Below, in pieces: positions 52,580 through 64,000 of a stretch of DNA of 64,000 nucleotides. How positions within the stretch are numbered: position 1 is the stretch's first letter; each line of letters opens with the position of its first letter. Under the pieces are notes generated by a model, which saw only the letters and a program-made list of their open reading frames with translations, was not told the DNA's origin and searched no databases. The stretch comes from Narcine bancroftii (lineage: Eukaryota): positions 342,302,001 to 342,366,000 of the forward strand of contig NC_091469.1 of the NCBI RefSeq assembly GCF_036971445.1, given 5' to 3'. Made by a program: the position numbers and the translations under genes.

Positions 52580-54305
52580 AAGCAAAGCATCGCTCCCAGA
52601 AGAACTCAATGCCTTCTATGCCTGATTTGATGATTGTAAGTGTGAAGAACCATCCATCCACATCCTCACATCCCCTGATGATCCCATCCTGTTCATATCT
52701 GAGGATAAACATGTGTGCTGCCTTCAGGAGAGTGAATCCGAGGAATGCCTCTAGCCTGGATGGAGTACTTGGTTGTGTATTAAAATCTGTGCTGAACAAC
52801 TTACCAAGGTATTTACAGATATCTTCAATATATCTCCCTCCAGCAAGGCATGGTACCCACCTGTTTCAAACCAGTGTCAGTCATACCGGTGCCCAAGAAG
52901 AGTGTAGTAGCCTGTCTTAATGACTAGCAAGCAGTAGCACTTACATCAAGAGTGATGAAGTGTTTTGAAAGGCTGGTGATGAAGTATATCAACTCCTGTC
53001 TGAGTGGTGACATGAACACATTCCAGTTCACCTATCGTAGCAACAGGCCTAAGGCAGATGCCATCTCACTGGCTCTAAACAAAGCCATGGAACACCTGAG
53101 CAGCAAAGATGTATACATCAGGATGTTCTTTATCGACTACACTTAGGTATTTGACTCCATCATCCCCTCAAAACTGATCAGAAAATTCCAAGCCCTGGAA
53201 GTTAACACCTCACTGGGTAATTGGATCATAGATTTCCTCACCTCCAGACCACAATCAGTGAAGATTGGTAAGAACTTCTCCCCCACAATCTCCATCAGAA
53301 TCGGAGCACCACAGGGCTGTGTTCTTAGCCCCCTGATCTACTCACTTTACACTTATGACTGTCTGGCTCGGCATGACAATAACACCATCTATAAATTTGT
53401 CTATGATACCACAGTAGTGGATTATATAAAGGAAGGGGATGAGTCGGCATACAGGAAGGAGATTGAACACTTGTCTGAATGGTGCACCAACAACAACCTT
53501 GCACTCAATGTCACCAAAACTAAGGAGCTGTTTGTTTACTCCAGGAAAGCCAGAGGTATACAATCCAGTGATCATTTGGGGATCAGAGGTGGAGAGGGTG
53601 AGCAAATTTAAGTTCTTGGGAGACACTATCTTAGAGGATCTTTCCTGGACCCAACACACCAATGGGATTGTGAAGAAAGCATGTCAGTACCTCTACTTCC
53701 TCAGGAGTTTGCGGCGGTTTGGTATGACTCCAGAAACCCTGGAAAATTTCTGCAGAGGTGTGGTGGAAAATTTTATGACTGGCTGCATCATGGTCTGGTG
53801 TGGGGACAAAACCCCTGAGATCGAAGACCTGAAAACGGTAGTGGACACAGTCCAAGACATCACAGGCAAATCCCTCCGCAATACTGAGCACATTTATAGG
53901 GAATGCTGCCATCAGAGAGCAACAGGAATCATCAAAGACCCTCACCATCCAGTACACCTACTATTCTTGCTGCTGCCATCAGGAAAGAGGTATAGGTACC
54001 ACAAGTCCACACCACCTGGTTCAGGAACAGCTGCTACTCCTCCATCGTTAGACTCCTCAATGCCAAACTCAATCAGAGGCTAATTTAAGGACTCTTACTT
54101 GTGCGCTTTATTGATTCTCTCTGTATTGCAGTCAATTTGTTTACATTTATCTGTTTATAGTTTTGTTTACATGTTTACGCTGTGTACAGTTTTATTTAAA
54201 CTTCCAATTAGTGATAATTCTGCCATGCCTGCAGGGAAAAGAATCTCAGATTTGTATGTGATGTCATGCATGTTCTCTGACAATAAATCTGAATCTGAAA
54301 TCTGA
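52580..54305 (+). mobile_element. Rex1/Babar LINE, 5'-truncated (subfamily A)
   Basis: AFRRVNPRNASSLDGV...MMKCFERLV...GAPQGCVLSPLIYSLYT...ERVSKFKFLG...IIKDPHHP; AATAAA(TCTGAA)n tail. Confidence 0.93.
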
Positions 54306-55559
54306 TTGCAAATCTGAAATGTCGTGTGGCAATGGCATGTCCGAGTTGAGATCTTATTTCCTGCAGGGTTATAGACCATGTGCAGGTAGATATGTCATTT
54401 AAATTGACATCATTTTCATCACAGTCATTGAGAGCCGAGAGGCCTATTTCTATGTTCTGTGTTCTGTGATTACTCCTGGGCAATTTTGCAGAACAGTCCA
54501 AGTAGATGCAGAGTCTTCATTATCACAAATTAGATGATAAACAATCTTCTAATGCAAAGACATCACCTGGTGCAAGAGGAAGAGTGGCAAGGAGATGTTT
54601 GCCTGAAGCCCATGACGCAAAGTTTGAAGAGCAACAGGAGATAAGTGAGAAAGAAAATCACCACTGAATGAATGTTCTTGCACAGCATCCACAGGCTCAT
54701 CTCCCATCCAAGTGGTAAAGGGCTCCCTGGTAGCAAACACTCTTATACGGAATCTGGTTAATCAAAGTTCCCAAAATGAACCAAGTTCCCTTCTCACCTA
54801 CTCCAAAATTCAGCTGCTACAGTATTCTACAAATCAAGCAGGGGAGCCTTGATAATGCATAAAATACTTTGCATTTTGTTCTGCAGGTTCACCTACACTG
54901 ATAATACTACGTGAGAGAATAAATCAATGTCCCAATTATTTAAATGCTTTGTTACGACATATAAGCATTTCCTGATGAGTGGCACATTGCTTAAAGAAAT
55001 TCAAAATTGGCTTAAAATACATTTTTCTGTCAGGATTTATACTTTACAGATGTAAACACTGGTGAGTGAGTCACCTTGACATAGCAATGTCAAGGTCAAG
55101 GTTCCTTTTATTGTCATATAATACATTAAAAAATATAACATATGTGATATACTTTTAACTTTTGCCTGCTGAACAGGCAAATAATAAGCAGAAAAGAGTC
55201 CCTTCAAAGGCATTGAATGTCTATGGATTTGCCTTGTGCTCCCAGTCTCTGCAGCTGCACAGGCACCTGTTTGATTCATCGGCAACCTGAGCTCCAAATC
55301 AAACCTCCAACACGATCAGCACCCAAAGCCTTTTGGGAATCCGTCTTGCCCTCAGCACCCTCTTGGATCTCAGCTCTGACACCTGGTTCCCAGGAGTCAG
55401 TCTCCAGATGCATGCAGCCCATGTGATTTCCCCTGACCATAAGTCACCCGCAGCTCGTGTGGGTCCCTCAGCCGCTGAGGCCCTTGCTGGTCTGCTACTG
55501 TGGTTGTCTTCCTGGTAGGACCCTTCATCATTGGAGCCCCTCTTTGATCCGCTACTGTG

Positions 55560-55805
55560 GTCAAATTTTAATGTTAAGGATACAGCATGGTAACAGCCCC
55601 TTCTGTCCCATGAGCCCAAATGCACCCATGTAACCAATTAACTTCCTCACCTATCTTTGGATCATAAGAGAAAACCAGATCACCTGGAAGAAGCCCATGC
55701 AGATACATGGAGAATGTGGAAACTCCTTACAGACAGTAGTGGATTCAAATCACGATTGCTGTTTCTGCAATAGTATTGCATTTATCATTACACTAACTGT
55801 GCCAT
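55560..55805 (-). mobile_element. tRNA-derived SINE
   Basis: GATACAGCATGGTAACAGCCC...AAACTCCTTACAGACAGTAGTGGATTCAAA...CTAACTGTGCCA. Confidence 0.8.
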
Positions 55806-56037
55806 CCAAATTTATTTCAGTTTGGCCTATTGTGTAGGAATTTATGTTCCTGCAGGCACCAACCATAGCCATCTCCTGCCCAATGCTTTGTCTGAAGGAT
55901 CAGCTATGTTTTCTGATTCACAGAAATTACCTTGTGGCAGGTATCACTATTATGTTTGTTAGCACTGTTGTTCAAATACTATTACATAGTATTATGTCAC
56001 ACTATTTTAGAAACACCAATGGTTGTGGTTTTCTTGG

Positions 56038-57545
56038 TTCAAGTCATCAAGTTTATTGTCCTCTGATTATACAAGTACATCCCGATGAAACAGTGTTCTC
56101 CAGTCCTCAGTGCAAAAACATGCAGACACATAACCAGACATAACACAGGTTGAGACAAACAATACATATGCAGCACAAATATTTTATCTATAAAAATAAA
56201 TAAATAAATATTGCTTTCGCAACTGAGATTCTCAGATGATTAGTGTGAGCTGTTCCTCTGATCATACAGCATTCTCACTGCCCTTGGAAAAATGATCCTC
56301 AGCCTGGTGGTGCTGGTTCTGATACTCCTGCATCTCTTCCCCAATGGGAGCAGCTGGAAGAAGCTGTGTTCATGGTGGAAGGGGTCCTCAATGATTTTGT
56401 GTGCCCTCTTCAGTAAGTGATCCCAGTAGATCACATCGATGCAGAGGAGGGAGACTCCAGTGATCTTCTCTGTCACTTTTATGGTCCTGTGGATTGACCT
56501 CCAATCCATTTCTCTACAGCAACTATACCACACTGTGATGCAGTGGGGCAGGTTGCTCTCAATAGAACTCCTATACAAGTTTGACATAATGATGGCCAGT
56601 AGCCTTGCCTGCTTCAGTCTTCTCAAGAAGTGCTTTCGTTGTTGCTCCTTCCTGACAAGAGAGGAGATGTTGAGTATCCATGATAGGCTACTAATTAAAT
56701 GAACTCCAAGTAACTTGGTGCTCTCCACTCTTTCTACTATAGAGTTGTTGATGTATAGTGGAGGCTGAGTGTTTCTCGTCCTTCTAAGTTCACAATCATA
56801 TCCTTCATCTTGTCCACATTGAGACTCGTGTTGTTTGTCTTGCATCATTTCGTGAAATTTTCCCACCTCTTCTCTGAGTGCGACTCATCATTGTTGCTGA
56901 TGAGGCCAACTACTGTCGTGTAATCTGCAAACTTGATGACATTGTTGGAGCTGGATTTGGCGACACAGTCGTGGGTCAGTAGCATGAACAGGTACGGGCT
57001 GAGCACACAACCTTGAAGTGTTCCAGTGCTCAGAGTGATGTTGCTTGATATTCTGCTACGACTTGGACAGACTGTGGTCATTCTGTTAGGAAGTCCAGAA
57101 CTCAGTTACAGAGAGGAGTGTTGAGTCCCAACAAGGACAGCTTCTCCTCCAGCCTTCGGGGAATGATTATATTAAATGCCAAGCTAAAGTCAATAAGCAG
57201 CAGCCAGGCATATAAGGCATTATTCTCCAGGTGGGCCAGGATGGAGTGAGGCAACAAGGCTACAGAAAGTATCTGTGGAACATTTCTTGTATAGGCCAAA
57301 TGAAATGGATCCAGCATCTCTGGGAGGTGTGCTTTGAGACATTCCATCACCAGATATTCGAAGCATTTCATAATGGTGGAGGTCAGTGCCGCAGGGCAGT
57401 CATCATTGAAACCTGTTATTGTCACCCTCTTGGGTACCAGGATGATGGTTATTGACTTGAATCCTGCGGTAATGATGGACTGCTGCAGTGAGGTGTTGAA
57501 GATGTCTGTGAAGACCTCTCAATTGGCCTTGGCAGTTCTTCCCAC
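56038..57545 (-). mobile_element. Rex1/Babar LINE, 5'-truncated (subfamily B)
   Basis: ALTSTIMKCFE...IDFSLAFNII...GTLQGCVLSP...IKFADYTTVVG...VERVESTKLLGVH. Confidence 0.93.
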
Positions 57546-58669
57546 ACTTTAAGCATAAGTGGGAGCACTCTTTCTTGCTCCTGCATCCCCTTTCTCCCTA
57601 CCACAGATATAATATGTGATCAGGCTTCCTGGCTACCATTGGGAGTGTAAGGCCTGATGCCCTCCTCAGGTTGCCTCATGTGTTGGGTGCTGCACTGAAC
57701 TTACTGCAGTTGCATCAGGAATGGCATAGGTCAGATTTAAATAACCCTGAGTGTATTTGCAGCGATTTCTGGCTAATTAATGCAATGCTTTAATACAGTA
57801 AAAGTAAATTAGATCCAATCTCTGGACAAATGATGACACTATCCATTCTGGTATTAAAACATCATTACAAGTCTCCCTAACAGATTTCCAAAAACTTTAC
57901 AAAAGGTCACAAAATTCGAAATGTGCCATTTTAAACCTCTGTTATGGAATGTCACACTAGTTCAGAAATGCCAGGCATTTCTCAAGAGTCTGGTTGAATT
58001 TTTAGCTCTTAAAATAGCATTGCATTCAGTGTTGGTATTCTGTGAGTGAACGGCGACTGTCGTTCTTCAGACGAAAGTGGTGGAGTTTTGAGCATGGCAC
58101 CTCTGCGGATTGCATTTGGCAAAGCTCAACATTTTAGTAAGAATGCAAACAAACATGAAAACTTGCTAAAAAAACTAACTGCTCCAGGAATCCTGGAATT
58201 GTTTTTACTCTACATTAATATAATCCACAACTTTGCTATGCCTACTTTCAAAGTTGTCAAATTGAAATTCCAGTCCAATTTTTGATTGGGTTCCATAAAA
58301 CACTTTCCTGCTTTTTAAATTTACTTAGTAAGGGATTAATGGGCAGCTTTTAAAATCTCTGCAGCAATTTCAAGGTTATGAGGCTTTATTTGCACAGCAT
58401 TAGTAATAGTTACAATCTCAGAGAAGATTATTTTCTGGAAGTTGCACAATGTACTTTTGATTCTTACAGGTTTACATGAATAAAATAATTCAGGAAATTC
58501 CCACATAATAGAGATAAAACAATATTTATTTTCTCTTGCTCTTTTCACAATCAAATATAAACCATGACATTAGACCAATTTTTAAAATGTAACCAGCTTC
58601 AAGTTAATGAATGCAAAATCTTGCATCACACATAAATATCCTGGGCCATAATTCACAGATATTAGAACA

Positions 58670-58995
58670 TGCATGCTGACACAGTTTATAGAGCTACTGC
58701 CTTATAGGTCCAGTGATCTGGGTTTGACGCTGACCTCTGGGGCTGCCTGTGTGGATTTTAGATGTTCTCCATGTGGTTTCATGGGTTTCCATAGATCCCC
58801 TGGTTTCCTTTCACATACCAGGGCTGGTATGTTCATTGATCCCGCTGTAAATTACCTCTATTGTGTTGGCAAGTGGTAAAATCCAGGGGTTAATTGAAGG
58901 AATATGTAGAAAATAAAATGTTAATTTAAAAATAGTGCCTGATGGTCAGAGTGGATTTGTGGGCTAGCGGGCCCATTTCTGTGCTGCATTTCTAT
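58670..58995 (+). mobile_element. Older V-SINE/HE1-like SINE
   Basis: Same family as 39165-39515 (GAGCTACTGCC...GGTTTCCTTTCACAT...CTGTAAATTACC...GGGCCCATTTCTGTGCTG). Confidence 0.65.
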
Positions 58996-59337
58996 GACAA
59001 CATGAGTAACATTTTATTGAGACATACCTTTTTCTACTATTATAATGGAACGTCTTATTTTTGCATTAATAATTACATTCCATCACATCAGTGTGAGAAT
59101 TATAATCAAAATGTGATAAAAATATTGTTTAAAATAGGTTCATGTCATATTTGTCATGAAGAATGCCTTAAAATGGTGATGTCTGATCAAACAAGCTGCT
59201 AACATTCCTTGCAAAACTGGGCCAGAAGAAATCTTTGTCAAGGTTACCTTTTTACACTCAGATAAATAATTAATAACTTGTCCAAAATGGTAAATGAATT
59301 GTTGAAATACCATGGAAACTGTTACCTTTATTAATAT

Positions 59338-62222
59338 TCAAGTCAAGTCAAGAATTTATTGTCATTTGATTGCATAAGTGCAACCTGATGAAATAGCATT
59401 CTCCAGTCCTTAGTGCAAAATCTGTAGGCATACAACCAGACATAACACATATAGAGACAAACAATATATATCCAGGACAAGTAGTCATCAATACAAATAA
59501 ATAAATAAACATTGTTTCATTAATATGAGAGTCTCGGACGGTTAGTGTGAGCAGTTTCTTTGGTTGCTCAGAATTCTCACTACCCGTGGGAAGAAACTGT
59601 TCCTCAGCCTGATGGTACTAGCTCTGATACTCCTGTATCTCTTTCCTGAAAGGAACGGCTGAAAGTTGCTGTGTACAGAGTAGAAGGGGTCCTCAATGAT
59701 TTTGTGCACCCACTTCAGACAACGATCCCAGTAGATCACATCAATGGGAGGAAAGGAGTCTACAGTGATCCTCTCTGGCACTCTTATGGTCCTGTGGATT
59801 GACCTCAGATCTATTTCTAAGCCTCAACCATACCACACTGTGATACAGCTGGCTGGAACGCTCTCAATAGAGCTCCTGTAGAAGGTGGACATAATGGTGG
59901 CCAGTAGCCTTGCCCGCTTCAATCTTCTCAGAGAATGTAGTTGGTGCTGCACCTTCCTTACAAGTGAGGAGACATCATGTGTCCATGATAGGTCACTAAT
60001 TAAGTGAAAGCCAAGGAACTTGGTGCTCTCCACTCTCTCCACCATAGATTTGTTGATGTGTAGTGCAGGGTGGCCTTCCCTGGTCCTCCTGCAGTCCACG
60101 ATCATCTCTTTCATCTTTTCCATGTTGAGTCTTGGGTTGTTACCCTTGTACCATTTCATGAGATTTTCCACCACTTCTCTGAAGTGTGACTCATCGTTGT
60201 TGCTGATGAAGCCGAATATAACCATATTACCATATAACAATTTACAGTACAGAAACAGGCCATATAGGCCCTTCTAGTCCACACTGATTTACATGAAACT
60301 CCACTAGTTCCACCTACCCACTCCCTTGCCCATAACCCTCCAACCCTCTCATATACATGTACTCATCTAACCTCCTCTTAAATGAGAATTGAGCCTGCTG
60401 CAACTACTTCTTCCGGTAGATCATTCCACTCAGCCACCACTCTCTGAGTGAAGAAACATCCTCTTATATTACTCCTAAAATTTTGCTCCTAACCCTTAAC
60501 TTATGACCCCTTGTTCCAATCTCCCCTACCCTCAGGGAAAGAGCCTATTCACATCTACTCTGTCTATTCCCTTTATAATTTTAAATACCTCTATCAAAGT
60601 CCCAGTCAACTTAATCTTTCTCCATATTCAAGATACTGCAATCCAGGTAACATTTTTGTAAACCTTCTTTGCACCTTCTCTACCTATTTATATCCTTCCT
60701 ATAATTTGGTAACTAGAACTGCACACAATACTCCAAACTTAACCTCACCAATGCCTTAAACAGTCTCAACATCACCTCCCAGCTCCTATATTCTATGCTA
60801 TGGTTTATAAAGGCCAGCATACCAAAAGCCTTCTTCACCACCCTATCTACATGGGAATCCACCTTCAAGGAATTCTGAACCATTATTCCAAGATCTCTCT
60901 GTTCCTCCGTATTCCTTAATGCCCTCCCCTTCACTCCATACGTCCTATTTTGGTTATTCTTCCCACAATGAAGCACCTCACACTTATCTACATTAAACTC
61001 CATCTGCCACCTTTCAGCCAACCTTTCCAAACAGTCCAAATACTTCTGTAGTCCATGAAAACTCTCCTCACTATCCACAACTCCCCCTATTTTTGTGTCA
61101 TCCACATATTTACTCACCCAATTTACCATCCCATCATCCAAATCATTAATAGAAATGATGAACAACAAAGGACCCGACACCGATCCTTGAGGCACACTGC
61201 TCGTCACCGGCCTCCATCCTGACAGACAGACAGTCCACCAGGACTCTCTGGTGCCTATCTTCCAGTCACCTTTGAACCCATCTGACTATCTCTATATTAA
61301 TCCCTAGAGACTGAACCTTCCTCACTAACCTTTTATGTGGAACCTTATCGAAAGCCTTACTAAAATCCAAATAGACCACATCAGCTGCTCTACCTTCATC
61401 AACCTTTCTGGTCACCTCTTCAAAAAAATCAACAAGATTCATCAAAAACAAATTTCCCCTCACAAACCCATGTTGGGTGTCCCTGATAAATCCCTGCCTT
61501 TCCAGATATTTATACATATTATCCCTAAGAATTGCTTCCATTAGTTTCCCCACCACCGATGTCAAACTTACTGGCCTATAATTGCTGGGCCTACACCTTG
61601 CACCATTTTTAAACAGTGGAACCATGTTTGCAACCTGCAAATCCCATGGCACCACACCCTCCTCCAGTGAAAAATCACTGTCATATGCAAACGATGACAC
61701 TGTTGGAGCTGGATCGGGCAAAGCAGTCAAGGGTCAGTACCACACAGTCCTGAGGTGCACCAGTGGTCAGCATGACGATGCTCAATGTTCTGCTACTGAT
61801 CCGAACAATCTGAAGTCTTTTCATTCGGAAGTTTAGAATACAGCAAGGGGTGTTGAGTCCCAGCAAAGACAGCTTCTCCACCAGCTTCTGGAGAACGATT
61901 GTATTAAATGCTGAAATGAAGTCAATGAACATCAGCCTGGCGTAGGATGCGCCAGTCTCCAGGTGGTTCAGGATGCAGTGAAATGACAAGGCTATTTTTT
62001 CTATAGGTGAATTGAAATGGGTTCAGCATCTCTGGGTGGTGTGATTTGATGTGTTTCATCATCAGGCACACTACTTCATAGTCACGAAGGCCAGTGCCAC
62101 AGGGCGGTATTCATTGAGGTTTGTTATTGTCTCCCTCTTGGGTACTGGAATGATGGTGGCTGATTGAAACCTGTGGGAATGATGAACTGCTGCAGTGAAG
62201 TGTTGAAGATGTCTGTGAAGAA
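59338..62222 (-). mobile_element. Rex1/Babar LINE (subfamily B), split by a CR1 insertion; halves ~59338-60216 and ~61675-62222
   Basis: Halves rejoin inside the KFADD-TTVVG region by comparison with 56890-56970; EYRPVAL...LMFIDFISAFNTI on one side, NNDESHFREVVENL on the other. Confidence 0.9.
60218..61675 (-). mobile_element. CR1 LINE, 5'-truncated, relatively young
   Basis: NYRPVSLTSVVGKLME...YLDFSKAFDKVPH...VPQGSVSGPLLF...KYVDDTKIGG...WQMEFNVDKCEVLH...LEYCVQF; 8-bp repeat tail (plus TAACCATA). Confidence 0.95.
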
Positions 62223-62944
62223 TGCAGCATTTTCTTAAAGAGACCATCAGGTTTATCACAGAAAATTAAATTATGTAACTTTGAAGATTTTTAATTTATT
62301 CTCTTTTTATACTTCTGGCCATTTGAACTCAAATATAAAGTTTTAAGAAAAATTTTGAATTTTTTTGAAGTAGTGGGTATTATATCATTGAAGAAAGGCT
62401 CAAATTGTGTCTCCTGAATACTACCAAACCTTATCCTTAGGTCTTTATGTGCAATTGATTTTGTTCCAATTCTATTGTGGTGAAACACGGTAATCCAGAT
62501 GGGGACCTCTCTGGACTGCTCAGGCTGGTCCACCTCAGACCTGATAACTCCACCCCATAGTTTCCCAACAACAGCTGAGAGCCCTAGTCTCCACCCTCAA
62601 TACCAGCCTTGAATCATGTAGTTATGTGCTGGATGTTTTAGGATATTAAAGCCTTTGACCATGTGCTTCATGCCTGGTTATTGGTCATGCTACATATGTA
62701 TAACAGTTGAGCCTTGCACCAATGGTTGCATGCATTTATGCATGCATGATTCACTTAATTTACTTCTACTTTGTATTGTCTTTAGCCCAACCTTGAACTG
62801 TTCCCAATATTCTGGTTAGATTACTGATTGAAGGGTTAGTGTTGCCTAATGTCGTGGAATGTATATTGGTGTTGCAGAGGATTTCTGGACCTTCTTTATG
62901 GTAGTCTAGTGTGTTAAAATCACATGGGTTAATTAGAACTTTGA

Positions 62945-64000
62945 GTAATCGTGGACTATCCAGTGGTACCAGACCCTTCCTCAAACCTGACGATGTTGTA
63001 TAACATGATTAATCTGTGTTCAATATTCTTCACCATTCCATTTACATCCTGAATCACAATACCTGTTTGCATTCACTTTCCAGGGTCAAAAGTACACTTA
63101 CAGCCAATTGCCCCAAAGAATCATAGAACCACCAAGCATACCTGGCTGATCACTCACATCAAATGGTAGTATACTTATCCAGTATGTAAATAATCTGTAA
63201 CTGTGTCGCCCTCCCTGATTCCATGCCAAGAAGTCAGCAACTGGCTGAGAAAGGACATAAAGTGTCCAAGGCAAAGTTTCATTTCTGCCAGGAACAGGTG
63301 AAGTATCTCAGGCACATATTGAGGAAATTGGATAAACAAATCTCCCAGGATCGAATCAAAGTTATCATGGGGCTCCCAAAGCCATGAACTGTAAAATCCA
63401 TGCCATGTTTCCAGGAAATGACTGGTTATTGAAGGCAGTGGATTTGTGACTGCACAGAGATGACAAGAACATTTAGAGACTTGTGCGTTGGAAAAATGAA
63501 CTCCCAGAGGCTGAATTGGTCCCCTATGCAAAATGGAGCATTTGAAAATCTGAAGAATGCTTTACAACAGGCACTGGTACTAATGGAAGCAATTCTTAGG
63601 GATAATATATATAAATATCTGGAAAGACAGGGATTGATCAGGGACTCCCAAACCATGGGAAGCCTTCTATCTGTTTAGTGGGGAGAAAGAAGGATTTGTA
63701 ATTGCTGTCCTCACCCAGTAGGAAAGTGGAAAGCACAAAACTGTGGCATATTATAGTACATACATGGTTTCAATTGAGAGAAGATTACATCCTTGTGAGA
63801 GATGATTAGCAGCAGCTACATTTGCAGTGGATAAGGCCACTCCAATAACAGCTGGACATGAAGAGATTCTATATGAATCACAAGCCGTAGAAGCACTATC
63901 GACCAGAACAAAATCTTCTATCGCACATAGGAGAATAATAGTCTTTGAAGTATCATTAACGCAACCGGGACTCACAATTGTGAGGTGTAAGAATGTCAGC
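62945..64000 (+). pseudogene. pol: Class I (gamma/epsilon-like) endogenous retrovirus pol: RT plus connection/tether, decayed, runs past the window end
   Basis: YPVVPDP...FFTIP...HPESQYLFAFTFQGQKYTYSQLPQ...LIQYVNNL (YxDD relic)...GHKVSKAKFHFCQEQVKYL...TGY*RQWI...AFENLKNALQQA...FYLF...AVLTQ...VAYYS. Confidence 0.88.

Noticed and set aside
58038-58080. Hammerhead ribozyme (CTGTGAGT...hairpin...ACGAAA)
   Set aside because: The core lacks the A of CUGA, and I could not form stems I and III from the flanks

Overview
Eukaryotic, AT-rich, CpG-poor vertebrate DNA, not microbial. The mix of repeats (tRNA-headed V-SINE/HE1-like SINEs, CR1, Rex1/Babar, RTE, Tx1, Penelope) suggests a cartilaginous fish, probably a ray (inference). 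The window looks like a large intron or gene desert: I found no intact host CDS, and nearly every recognisable ORF in the track is a decayed retroelement. Main contents: a near full-length but dead 4.27 kb Gypsy LTR element (8499-12770, minus) plus a related solo LTR; about 12 Rex1/Babar LINE fragments; CR1, RTE, Tx1 and Penelope pieces; Harbinger-, Tigger-, Tc2- and Chapaev3-like DNA elements; more than a dozen SINEs; and a class I endogenous retrovirus pol that runs off the right edge. Most notable observations: (1) the Gypsy element has no tRNA primer-binding site and may self-prime; (2) about 60-70 bp of internal CR1 ORF2 sequence sits inside the ERV pol, flanked by microhomologies and 69/73 identical to a CR1 2 kb away; (3) two inverted Rex1 copies share inactivating lesions; (4) hammerhead-ribozyme relics occur in Penelope repeats; (5) a few orphan exon candidates lie in repeat-free stretches. 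I found no convincing new multi-gene system. Family names come from motif recognition, not database searches, and boundaries of decayed elements are approximate.
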